Assembly (NCBI GenBank): GCA_963771885.1
Contig: CAVYVF010000023.1
Location: 928,001 to 992,000, forward strand
Direction: 5' to 3'
Source of the DNA: Candidatus Bathyarchaeota archaeon
GTDB taxonomy: Archaea > Thermoproteota > Bathyarchaeia > TCS64
DNA length: 64,000 nt
Made by a program: the position numbers and the translations under genes. Below are positions 40,209 to 50,874 of the stretch, one piece after another. The stretch's first letter is position 1; the number at the start of each line of letters is the position of its first letter. The notes below the pieces were generated by a model. The model did not search any database and was not told where the DNA came from. It saw nothing but the letters and a program-made list of their open reading frames with translations.

Positions 40209-40608
40209 GCTTATTTCCGTCCCTTATCTTTTCGCTAAGGTTTTTGAGCTCCAGTTCCGCATTCTGGAGTATCGTCTGGAGCTTATCGAGGCGCCAGTCT
40301 ACGCGCGCCTCAATATAGGCGTCCGCGTCCGGGTAGTTCGCCTTGAGGGGGCAGTCGAGCATCGACGAGCTGTTCAGCAGCTTCTCGGGGAGGTCGACGG
40401 AGAAGAGTTCTTCGAGTTCGTCGGCGGGGTTCCTTTCGCCTGAGTGGATGAGCCTGAGCTTCTTCTTGCAGTCGTCGCAACCGCGTACGTGGCGGAGGAG
40501 GCGTGCCTCGGACTCGACGCTCACCATGAAGCCGATGTACTCCGCCTCCATATGGAGGAGCCAGAGGGGCTCGCAGTCCTCGGCGAGAGCTGAGAACTTC
40601 TTGCCCAT
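40198..40608 (-). CDS. Hypothetical protein with HxxxCxxC zinc motif
   Basis: RHVRGCDDC motif, C-terminal helical tail; start placed at MGKKFS. Confidence 0.6.
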   Translation of the reverse strand: MGKKFSALAEDCEPLWLLHMEAEYIGFMVSVESEARLLRHVRGCDDCKKKLRLIHSGERNPADELEELFSVDLPEKLLNSSSMLDCPLKANYPDADAYIEARVDWRLDKLQTILQNAELELKNLSEKIRDGNKPTP

Positions 40609-40711
40609 GTGTTGGCTAGCCATGCACCACCAAGCCGTGAGCCTGTTTAAAACCCATCCGCCCTGCACGGGGAAAGGTCATTAACCCGACGCGTGGTGGT
40701 GGTTTCGATGC

Positions 40712-40972
40712 GTGTTGAGTGTCGAAGATGCCCTTGGTCTCATCGCCGACTCTAAAAAGTTCCTAGAACCCTATAAGGCGTACGGGAAGATGATCACGGA
40801 TGGTGTGGCCCAGCTTGATAAGCTGGAGGAGCTCGTGCGGGGAAGATCCTATGCGGATGCTTACAGGATAGTCTGCGGGATGTGCGATCAGATCTCGACC
40901 TACCGAGGCTTTGTCCCCAAGTTAGCGGAGAACCTTGAGAAGACGCGGGAGATACTCAGGGGGCTCTGTTGA
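40712..40972 (+). CDS. Hypothetical protein (86 aa)
   Basis: Helical ORF filling the gap between convergent neighbours. Confidence 0.55.
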   Translation: MLSVEDALGLIADSKKFLEPYKAYGKMITDGVAQLDKLEELVRGRSYADAYRIVCGMCDQISTYRGFVPKLAENLEKTREILRGLC

Positions 40973-40974
40973 GC

Positions 40975-41265
40975 CTACCATCGTCCCCTCGATACCGTGC
41001 CGAAGATTATAGCGAGCCCAATTAGTATTAGGAATCCTGGCCAGAGCCAGTCCCAGAAGCTCCAACCCAAGAGGCTGGAGACACCGATCGCCAATATGAA
41101 GAGCCCTATCATTATCCCCCAGATGCTTCCGTGCCTGTGGTAGCTGTAGGATCGCCTATATGCCCACGGCTCATGGGGCTGAGACGCGCTCAGAGGCGCA
41201 CCGCATTTGGAGCAGTTCGCCGAGTCATCCAGGTCCTGTGTCCCACACTTGGTGCAGTATACCAT
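40975..41265 (-). CDS. Zinc-ribbon plus two-TM membrane protein
   Basis: YCTKCG...CSKCG followed by GIMIGLFILAIG...WPGFLILIG. Confidence 0.85.
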   Translation of the reverse strand: MVYCTKCGTQDLDDSANCSKCGAPLSASQPHEPWAYRRSYSYHRHGSIWGIMIGLFILAIGVSSLLGWSFWDWLWPGFLILIGLAIIFGTVSRGRW

Positions 41266-41320
41266 GCTCCTCGCCGATCTGAGTTCGACGAGAGAATTAT
41301 AGAAATGTTACGATAGCGGA

Positions 41321-42195
41321 TCAGGCGCTTCTGTCTATCTTGACGCCGCCACGTGGACCTATTGTTGCTTTCGCGTGGCGGAGCGCCCAGCACCCGATCA
41401 CAATGCCGACTGGTAAGCTGGCTGGGTGCCTCGCAGCCATCTCTATGTGTATATCGAGCGCCGTCGGTCCCTCACCGAGCCCCATAGCACCGATACCGAG
41501 CTCGTTTATCTTCTCCAGTAACTCCTCCTCAATCGCGGCTATCTTGGGGTTTGGGTTCCTGACCTTGAAGGGCTTTAAGAGCGCCTTCTTTGCTAGGACC
41601 ATGCACATGTCCTCGCTGGCGCCGATTCCGACGCCGACGAAGTAGGGTGGGCAGCCTTGCGAGCCCGCGGCGGCGACCGCCTCAATGACGAACTGCTTCA
41701 CTCCCTTCAGCCCGAGCCCCGGCTTGAGCATCTTGTGGTTAGCAACGTTGCTACTACCGCCACCCTTGGGCATGGCGATGATCTCCAGATTCGTTGCCGG
41801 GGATCAAGCTCCCAGTAGATGATTGGGACGTGTGCGCCTGTGTTATCGTTCGTGTTGCCCTTGAGCATATCCACCGCATTTGGGCGTATGGGTATCTCGT
41901 CCGTCGCGCGCCTTGTCGCCTTTACGAGTATCTCATTCAGCTCCGACCTAAGGGGGAACTTATCTCCAACCTTAACCATGAAGGCGACGACGCCTGTGTC
42001 CTGGCACATGGGCCAGGAGTTCTCCCGAGCGATGGAGATATTGTCAAGTATACTCTTTAGCTGGGATTTGCCCGTGGCGCCTTTCGTTTTCTTCGCCAGC
42101 TTGTCCATCTCCCTGACGTACTCGACAGGGAGCTCGGTGGCCGAGATCCTTAGGAGCTCGACCGCCGTATCTTCGACTATTTTGCTGAGTGTCAT
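41321..42195 (-). CDS. Class I fumarate hydratase/tartrate dehydratase alpha subunit (frameshifted near 41790)
   Basis: PMCQDTG, RPN, PKGGGSSN, CPP..VGVGIG, GIGAMGLG, RHPASLPV, CWA.R. Confidence 0.92.
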
Positions 42196-42196
42196 C

Positions 42197-42793
42197 TTAC
42201 TTCATCTCCGCGACTATCCTATCCCTGTTGGCATTGACTTTCTTTCCGACGTCAGCAGTAAGGTTGGCACCATGAGTATCTATGGTGACGATGAGTGGGC
42301 CGAAGTCCTGCGTATCGTAGACCCAGAGGCACTCGGGCATGCCGAGCTCCTCAAGCCAGTAGACGTCCTTGACCTTTTTTATACCCGCGGCGCCGAGGAG
42401 GGCGGCCCCGCCGGTGAAACTTGTGTAGACGCAGCCATACTTCTGGCACGCCTTGGCGGTGCGGTCGCCCATCCCTCCCTTACCTATGATGACTGAAGGG
42501 CGGAACGCCTCGATGAAATTATCCTCAAATATCTCCATGCGGGTGCTCGTCGTAGGGCCGGCGGCTACTACCTCCCAACCCTTTCCCTTCTTCCTCATGA
42601 TTGGCCCGCAGTGGAAGACGCCGATGCCCTTGAAGTCGACTGGTAGCTTCTCACCTTTCTCGTGGAGCTCAAGCGCCTTATGGTGCGCCTCGTCACGCGC
42701 CGTGATGACCGTGCCGGTTAGGTAGACGACGTCCCCAGCCTTCAGCTTCCTTACATCCGCTTCGGGCACGGGCGTCTTCAGGTGGTACTCCAT
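42197..42793 (-). CDS. Class I fumarate hydratase/tartrate dehydratase beta subunit
   Basis: TARDEAH, HCGP, AGPTTS.RM, IGKGGM, LGMPE, FGPL. Confidence 0.93.
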   Translation of the reverse strand: MEYHLKTPVPEADVRKLKAGDVVYLTGTVITARDEAHHKALELHEKGEKLPVDFKGIGVFHCGPIMRKKGKGWEVVAAGPTTSTRMEIFEDNFIEAFRPSVIIGKGGMGDRTAKACQKYGCVYTSFTGGAALLGAAGIKKVKDVYWLEELGMPECLWVYDTQDFGPLIVTIDTHGANLTADVGKKVNANRDRIVAEMK

Positions 42794-42899
42794 AACCTTT
42801 CACTCCCACTATCTCAACCCTTCACAATTTAAAACCTGAGACTCCCGTGATTGACTCTTTTTTTACAGGTTCTGTGAATCCGAGTCGATTTCTAGAAAA

Positions 42900-42914
42900 A
42901 GTATAATATATACT
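42900..42914. promoter_or_regulatory. Palindrome in the divergent promoter between fumarase and hdrC
   Basis: AGTATA-ata-TATACT overlapping a TATA-like element upstream of the ATG at 42932. Confidence 0.35.
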
Positions 42915-42931
42915 GCGACTAGGATTGTGAG

Positions 42932-43351
42932 ATGTCTTCGGAGAAACAGGGGCTCGTCCTCCACCCCTCACCCGCAAACAAGGTTTTCCGTGATCGGGTG
43001 AAGGAGTTGAGTGGCGAGAAGGTAGAGCTGTGCTTCCAATGCGGGGCGTGCAGCTCAGGTTGCCCCATGACGCAGGAGATGGACTACCTACCTAGCAAGA
43101 TCATCAGAATGGTCCAGCTTGGCCTCGAGGAGGCGCTGGACTCAAAGACCATCTGGGTGTGTACAACTTGTTTCAACTGCGAGGTCAGGTGCCCTAGGGG
43201 CATCGACATCGCCAACGTCATGGAGGCGCTCCGCCAACTCGTGCTCAGGAAGAAGTACGACAGGGTGGCGCTGGATCAGCTAAGCGACGAGCAGCTGAGG
43301 GAGCTGCCCCAGGTCGCGATAATCAGCAGTTTGAGGAAGCTCACGGCGTGA
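42932..43351 (+). CDS. hdrC: Heterodisulfide reductase subunit C-like (2x[4Fe-4S])
   Basis: CFQCGACSSGCP and WVCTTCFNCEVRCP. Confidence 0.9.
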   Translation: MSSEKQGLVLHPSPANKVFRDRVKELSGEKVELCFQCGACSSGCPMTQEMDYLPSKIIRMVQLGLEEALDSKTIWVCTTCFNCEVRCPRGIDIANVMEALRQLVLRKKYDRVALDQLSDEQLRELPQVAIISSLRKLTA

Positions 43352-43355
43352 TCCT

Positions 43356-44250
43356 ATGAACATCGCATATTATCCAGGTTGTACGTTGAAGACGACGGCG
43401 AAGGAGTTCGATATAAGCACCAAGGCGTCGGCCAAGGCGCTAGGTATCAACCTCGTCGAGCTCCCACGCTGGAACTGCTGCGGAACCGTTCACGCCCTCG
43501 CGAAGGACGATGTGATGCACCACCTCGCCCCTCTCCGCAACCTGCTCCGGGTTGAAGAAGCGCAACAGAGCGGAATCGTGGACGAAAAGAAGGTCGTCGC
43601 CCTATGCGCAATGTGCTACAACACGCTCAAGCGGAGCAATCAAGCATTCAACTCCGATTCCGACAAGGCGAGCAAGGTCAAGGAGAATATGAACAACGAG
43701 GCGAGCGTCTACAGTGGGCAGGTCGAGGTCGAGCATCTGCTCGAGACGCTCCGTACGCATGGCTGGGACAAGGTCGAGGCGCGTGTCTCGAAGCCCCTGA
43801 AGGGGCTCAAGGTAGCGCCTTACTACGGGTGCCTCCTGCTCCGCCCGCGCGGAATCGGCGTGGACAACGCTGATAACCCCCGCATCTTTGAGGACCTTTT
43901 AAATGCACTTGGGGCGGAGGTCATCGACTTCGGCTACAAGCAGAAGTGCTGCGGCAGCTACCACACCGTCCACATGGTGGACGTAGTAGCAGATCTGAGC
44001 AACAAGATATTGACTCAGGCTCAGGCTGCAGGCGCTGACGTAGTCGCGACGGCTTGCCCCCTTTGCGAGTACAACCTAGGGAACAGGCAAATTGCAGGTC
44101 GCGAAGAAGTATCCCAAGTTCAACGGTATCCCAATCGTTTATTTTACCCAGCTGATGGCGCTTGCCTTCGGGCTCGGTGAGGATGATACGGCTCTCGGGA
44201 TGAACAAACCCGACCCGAGGCCAGTGCTCAGGGAGAAGGGGCTGATCTAG
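43356..44250 (+). CDS. hdrB: Heterodisulfide reductase subunit B-like (frameshifted near 44095)
   Basis: Two CCG domains: YYPGC..CCG..CAMC and YYGC..CCG..CPLC; tail YFTQLMALA in a shifted frame. Confidence 0.9.
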
Positions 44251-44251
44251 A

Positions 44252-44942
44252 ATGACTGAGAACGGCAACAACATGGTCACCATCTACGTGATGGGTAAGA
44301 AGCAGAGCGTACCCGCCGACCTGACAATAATGAAGGCGATGGAGTACGTCGGACACCAGTTCAGGAGGGGCGCAGGCTGCAGGGGAGGATACTGCGGCGC
44401 CTGCGCCACCGTCTACAGAAAGAAGGGCAGCTACAAGCTACAGGGAGCCCTAGCCTGCCAGAAGATAGTAGAAGATGGCATGATCATAGCCCAGATACCC
44501 TTCAGTCCCCAGGAGAAGAAGACCTACAACGTCAACGAGCTCAAGGCAGAGGCAAACACCTTCCTCGAGCACTACCCCGAGATAGCCCGATGCCTTGCCT
44601 GCAACACTTGTACCAAGGCCTGCCCACAGGACATAATGGTCATGGACTACGTCCAGGCAGCCCTACGCGGCGACGTTGCCCAGGCAGCGAAGATCAGCTT
44701 CGACTGCCTAGGCTGCGGGCTCTGCGCTATGAGGTGCCCAGCCGAGATAGTGCCCTACAACGTGGGTCAGCTCGCGCGGCGCCTAGAGTCCAAGTACGTC
44801 GAGGGGCCGACGGAGCACGTCCTCAAGAGGTGTGATGAGATCAGCATCGGGCAAGTACGACGCCGAAATTGAGGAACTGAAGAAGATGGACAAGCCGACT
44901 CTTCAGAAGAAGTACAATACGAGGGAGATGAAGATCAAATGA
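44252..44942 (+). CDS. SdhB/FrdB-like iron-sulfur protein ([2Fe-2S] + 2x[4Fe-4S]), frameshifted near 44848
   Basis: GCRGGYCGAC...LACQ, CLACNTCTKACP, CLGCGLCAMRCP; ATGA overlap with the next gene. Confidence 0.85.
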
Positions 44943-46593
44943 GCGACTACAAGAGCGGCTACCCCGAGTACATGCAGGAGAGCCTCAGACTCGTCGCCGA
45001 GACGCGGGCGGGGAGGTTCGGCAAGGACTTCATCCCTATGACGGCGGAGCAGAGGCAGCAGATACTTGAAAAGTTCCACCCCGACTGGAAGCCGGCAGGT
45101 GAAGAGAACGCTCGCCATCGGGCCTAGCAAGGGCATGATAATCCCCCACGAGGTCGCCGACATCCTCGAGGCCCACCCGATGGTGAAGCCAAAGGAGATC
45201 GACCTCAGCAAGGTCGACTACGACGTTGACGTGTTGATCATCGGCGCAGGCGGCGCTGGCATGAGCGCCGGTATCCTCGCAAATGAAAACGGAATCCCCG
45301 CCGATAGGATACTCATGGTTCAGAAGCTGCGCCTTGGCGATGCCAACTCGAAGATGGCGCAGGGAGGCATACAGGCAGCGGATAAGCCGGATGACAGCCC
45401 ACCCATCCACTACCTCGATATCATCGGCGGTGGACACTATGCGAACAAGCCCGAGCTCGTCGAGGCAATGGTAAGGGACGCGCCCGATGTCATCAAGTGG
45501 CACGAGAACCTTGGCGTAATGTACGACAAGCTCGCCGACGGCACCATGATGGAGATCGCTGGTGGAGGCACGAGTAGGCGTAGAATGCACAGCTGCAAGG
45601 ACTACACTGGTTTGGAGCTTACACGCGTCGTGCTTGATGAGTTCATAAACAAGGGCATTGGATATGTCGAGTTCACATGCGCCGTCGACCTGCTAATGGA
45701 CGATAAGGACCAGGTCGCGGGTGCAGTGCTCTACGACCTCGACTCGAACGAGTACAAGATCGCGAGAGCGAAGTCAACTATTCTCGCAACGGGTGGCTTC
45801 GGAAGGCTCCACATTCAGGGATTCGCGACTACGAACCACTATGGTGCGACTGGCGATGGAATAGTGATGGCTTACCGCACGGGCGCGGTCCTCAGGGACC
45901 TCGACTCGACGCAGTACCACCCGACAGGTGCTGCCTACCCCGAGCAGATAGTGGGTCAGCTCGCCACCGAAAAGCTCAGGGGGCGCGGAGCACAACCCGT
46001 CAATAAGAACGGGGAGCTCTTCGTCTACCACCTCGAGCCACGCGACATAGAGTCCTCCAGCTACATCAGGGAGTGCTACGAGAGGGAGATGGGCATAACC
46101 ACCCCGACTGGGATGCGCGCCGTCTGGCTCGACACACCCCAGATCGAGGCCGTCAACGGACCTGGCACGATAGAGCGCGAGTTCGCCGCAATGTTCCGTA
46201 CTCTTCAAGAAATTCGGCATCGACATCCGCAAGGAGCCGATGGCAGTCTTCCCGACCCTCCACTACCAGAACGGGGGCGTCGAGATAAATGCGAAGACCG
46301 AGACAAGTGTCCCCGGACTCTTCTGCGCCGGCGAGGTCTGCGGAGGCGTACACGGCAAGAACCGCCTAATGGGAAACAGCCAGCTTGACATCTACGTTTT
46401 CGGCCGCAGGGCGGGCAAGTACGCTGCCGAGAGGGCGAAGACCGCGACAGTCGGTAAACTGACTCTCGCTCACCTCGACCGCTACGACAGGTGGCTAGAC
46501 GAGGCGGGCATCAAGACGGACCGGAAGGCTCCGCTCCTGCTCCCCGAGTATAGGGGACAGAAGACACTCGAGCATAAGCTGAAGCTGCTGTGA
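44939..46593 (+). CDS. SdhA/FrdA/TfrA-like FAD flavoprotein (frameshifts near 45090 and 46200)
   Basis: IGAGGAG, SKMAQGG, ATGG.G, QYHPTG, EKLRGRG, PRD, HYQNGG, HGKNRLMGNS. Confidence 0.88.
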
Positions 46594-46598
46594 TTGAC

Positions 46599-48958
46599 AT
46601 GACTGACACGCCTAGGATCGGCGTCTGGCTCTGCGAATGCGGAGGCAACATCGGCGACGTCGTCGAGACAGACACGGTAGTCGAGACGTTGAAGCCCGAA
46701 GTCGCCTTCGTCAAGAAGGAGAGGTACCTCTGCAGCAAGCCTAGCGTCGACGCAATCAAGGAAGCTGTCGAGAAACAGAAGCTCGACCGGGTAGTACTCG
46801 CCTGCTGCACCCCAAAGATGCACAGAGAGACGTTCCTCAGCAACCTCGCGGAGAAGGGGGTCAACCCCGCCTATCTCGAGATGGTGAACGTCAGGGAGCA
46901 ATGCAGCTGGGTCCACAAGGAGGACCACGAAGGCGCAACACTGAAGACGATGGACCTGATACGCGGTGCGATTGCACGCGCCAAAGAGTCAGTCGCCCTT
47001 GAGTCGAAGAGGATGAAGGTCATCCCCGAGGCACTCGTCATCGGCGGAGGCGTCGCGGGCATCACGACAAGCCTTCGCCTCAGCGAGTTCGGGATGAAAG
47101 TCCATCTCGTCGAGAAGCGTCCAAGCATCGGGGGGCACATGATTCAGTACCCAAGGTCTTCCCGACCCTCGACTGCAGCCAGTGCATACTAACCCCGAAG
47201 ATGGCTTCGGTGAGCCAGAGCAGGAACATCGATCTCCTCACATACGCTGAGGTCGAGGATGTCTCCGGTGTCCCCGGCGACTTTAAGGCAAAGGTCCGGC
47301 TCAATCCGCGCGGCGTTGATGTTTCGAAGTGTATCGGTTGTGGCGCATGTAGCCGGGTCTGCCCGACGAAGGTGCCCGCAGAGCACGATCAGGGTCTCGG
47401 TACACGCAAGGCAGCATACATACCGTTCCCGCAGAGCGTCCCAAGCGTCTACACGATCGACTTCGAGCACTGCATCCGCTGCGGCGCATGCGCGAAGGTC
47501 TGTCCGCGCCAGTGTATCGACCTCGACGACCCCGGCTCCTCGAAGGAGCTGAAGGTCGGTGCGATCGTGATGGCGACAGGCTTCGAGCTATTCGACCTCT
47601 CGGGCTTAGTCCAGTACGGCTACGGGAAGTACCCGAACGTGGTGACGAGCCTCGAGATGGAGAGGATACTCGACGTCAACGGGCCGACGGGCAGCCAGCT
47701 CATTGTGCCGAAGACTGGGAGACCAGTGAAGACCGTGACCTTCGTCCTCTGCGCGGGTAGCCGAGATACGGAGGTCGGTAGGGCTCACTGCAGCCGTGTC
47801 TGTTGCCTCTACAGCATGAAGCAGGCTCAGCTCCTCAGGGACAGGGGCGTCGAGGTCTGGATCCACTACATCGACATCAGGTCGCCGGGGAGGCGATACG
47901 AGGAGTTCTATAGGACGACGCAGGAGAAAGGCGCCAACTTCGTGAAGGGAAAGGTGACGGAGATCGTCCCCGACGGCGAGCAGGTGCTCGTGCGCAGCGA
48001 GGACATGATGCTCAACAAGATGATCGAGTACCAGAGCGACCTCGTCGTGCTAGCGCCACCAATCGTGACGACGCCTGAGACGCTAAAGCTCGCGGAGATG
48101 CTGCGTGTTCCTGTTGACGAGGATCAGTTCGTCCTCGAGAGGCACCCAAAGCTCGACCCGATGTCGACGAAGCGAGACGGAATCTTCGCGGCGGGCACAG
48201 TTGTCGGCCCGAAGGACATCCAGTCAACGACGGCAGAGGCTGAAGGCGCCGCAATGAAGGTGGTCAACTTCCTCCACGTCGACAGGGTCATCGAGCCCAA
48301 CAAGGCTTGGCTCGCCCACCCCGAGCTGTGCGATGGCTGTGGTAAATGCGTTGAGCCGTGTCCCGAGTCGGCGATCACGATGGCCGACGGTAAGCCGGTC
48401 GTGAACGAGATTATGTGCACCGGCTGCGGAGCATGCATTCCCTCTTGTCCCAAGAACGCGCTTGACCAGCAAGGGCTTAGCGAGGCCCAGATCAAGGCCC
48501 AGATCAGAGGCGCACTCGAGGGCTCTAAGGCTGAGCTGAAGATACTCGCCTTCGTGGAGAAGGAGGTCGCGTACACGGCGGTGGACCTCGCGGGGCTCGC
48601 ACGCCTACCTTACCCGAGCAGCATCAGGATAATCCCGATGCCCTCACTGGCGAGGCTCAAGCTGGAGCATCTCCTCTACGCGTTCGCCTACGGTGCGGAC
48701 GGTGTGATGCTGCTGGAGGCCCCCGCGCATGAGGGTCCATATGGCCACGCCCACGTCCTCGCTGAGGAGAGGGCGGACGAGTACAGGTGGGCCCTCGAGG
48801 ACCACGGCGTCGACAGCAGCAGGATGTGGTTCAGCAGGGTCTACGTACCTGACTGGAGGAAGCTGGAGAGGGTCTTCAAGACCTTCAATGACATCATCGA
48901 CGGTGAGGGACCGATCGATGAAGGCGCGAGGAAGAAGCTCCTCGAGGAACTCTCCTAG
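46599..48958 (+). CDS. hdrA: HdrA fused to a C-terminal MvhD-like domain (frameshifted near 47152)
   Basis: CECGGNI, CCTP..H, NVREQCSWVH, IGGGVAG, FPTLDC..C, SLEMER, CAGSR, CSRVCC..SMKQA, two ferredoxin inserts. Confidence 0.92.
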
Positions 48959-49044
48959 GCCTCAAGTCGGCGCATGAGGTCGTTTTATTTTTTCATCGGT
49001 CTCGTTCTCACTGGCACTCGGGTTTTCGAAGTCCTCGACGAGTG

Positions 49045-49518
49045 TTAATAAGTAGCCTTAATCTTCTCGACAAACGTCTTCGTAGTCTCCTTAAATGCCC
49101 CGGATTTAGCGTCCCCCGTCGTTATCTCTTTTGTAGCGACGGGCGCCTTGCCCACGAGTCCCTCCATCACCTTGAAGGTCTCGCCCGCCTTGCTGCCCAT
49201 CGTGCAGAAGAAGGCGACGCGCGGGAATTTGCTCTTCATTGCGGCTAGGTAGCTGCGGACTGGGCTTGAGACGTTCCACGCCCAGATAGGGGTACCGACG
49301 ATGATGATGTCGTATGTCGACGGGTCCGCCTTCGGCGGGTTGATGGGCACGATGGCTCCATCGGATCCCTCCTTGCCTGACCTTATCCAGCCGAGCGGGC
49401 CGCCACGTCCCTTTGGCTCTGTGATCTCCTCGATGTCTGCCCCAAGCTGTGCTTTCAGCTCCTCGGCGACCTTACGGGTGGCCCCGTCGCGTGAGTAGTA
49501 GACGATGAGTATCTTCAT
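49045..49518 (-). CDS. Flavodoxin
   Basis: YYSRDGAT..VA, VGTPIW, FFCTMG. Confidence 0.9.
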   Translation of the reverse strand: MKILIVYYSRDGATRKVAEELKAQLGADIEEITEPKGRGGPLGWIRSGKEGSDGAIVPINPPKADPSTYDIIIVGTPIWAWNVSSPVRSYLAAMKSKFPRVAFFCTMGSKAGETFKVMEGLVGKAPVATKEITTGDAKSGAFKETTKTFVEKIKATY

Positions 49519-49557
49519 GGAGCTGAGTCCCTGGATCGATGATAAAAACGTGCCCGT

Positions 49558-50806
49558 TTACTTGCAGAAGCGCAGAATAGTGCGTGCGAGTGTCTTTGTT
49601 GCGGTGACTAGTTCACTTATCGGCACGTGCTCGTCTGGTCTGTGGCAGAGCCGGACGTCGCCAGGGCCGAAGAGGACGCTCGGGGTCTTGCCCACTCTCA
49701 CGATGTGGCGCATGTCCGAGCCGTAAGTCATTCCCTCGTAGATGGGCTCTGACCTAGTCGTGTCCCGATAGGCGACTGCTACCGTCTCAACTATCGGGTC
49801 GTTAGTTGGCGTTCTGACGGGGGTGAATTGGCCTCCCCGCCACTCTACAGTTGGGGGATGCTCGCGCAGCCACGCATCCGCAGCGACGGCGTTAGCGACG
49901 GCATTCTCAAATGCGATGTGGGCAGAAGTCACGTTCTCATCCACCCCTATTCCGTATCGACCCTCTAGGATGAGCTCCTCTGGGACCGATGAGGGCCAGT
50001 TCCCGCATCTGACGACGCCGAGATTGAGGGGAATTGGGAGCCTGTACCTGGAGTAGAGTGGGTCCTTGACGGCAGCGTTTCGTGTCTTTTCAAGGTTCAT
50101 GAGAGCGTTGTAGATTGGCATGAACTTCTCGAGAGCGCTTACACCCTCTTCCCTGACACAGGCGTGGGCGGATTGTCCCTTGATAGTGATCTTGAAGACG
50201 TGGCTGCCCGCCTGGGCGGGGGCGACCTTGAGTTCTGTGGGCTCGACGACGACCGCGCCGTCCGCCTTATAACCCTTCAGCGCCGTCGCGAGGGCGCCTA
50301 TGCCCCCGTCCTCCTCCCCGACGACACTTTCGACGAAGACATTTCCCTTGAAGTCGACGCCCGAGTCAATTATCGCCTTAACCGCGTTTATGGCGCAGCT
50401 TAGGCCGCCCTTCATGTCGACGGAGCCGCGTCCGTAGAGCATGCCGTTTTTGACGGTGCCCCTCCAGGGCGGAAAGCTCCAGTTCGTTTCGTCCCCAGGG
50501 GAAACGACGTCAATATGGCCGTTGAGTATTAGGCTCCTCCCCTCCCCTGCACAGAGGCATCCGACGACGCCGAGGCCCTCCTTCCTATCCACCCCCATGC
50601 TGAAGTCGGGGTGCTTCCTCACCTCGGGTATGTCTATCACCCAAACGTCTGTCTCGAGGCCGATACCCTTCATTATTTTTGCCACATGCCTCTGCGCCTC
50701 TGACTCGTCCCCAGTCACGCTGGGGATCTCGAATGAGCTCGCTCGTGGTCTTCACGATGGCGTCCTTGTCGACTTTTTTCAGAACCTTTCTCTCGATGTC
50801 CGTCAT
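49558..50806 (-). CDS. ArgE/DapE family M20 deacylase (frameshifted near 50730)
   Basis: LNGHIDVV, GRGSVDMKGG, VGEEDGG, EPT, YGSD, FGPG...H.PDE. Confidence 0.9.
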
Positions 50807-50874
50807 ATCAGCCCTCGCTAGCCTGTTTAGGACAGATTGGGCGTGTTTCGGATATAAGGTGACGAGGTCTAAGG

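Noticed and set aside
42821..42931. Rex-like half sites (TTCACAA, TTGTGAG) in the fumarase/hdr promoter
   Set aside because: About 100 bp apart and in the wrong arrangement for a Rex operator
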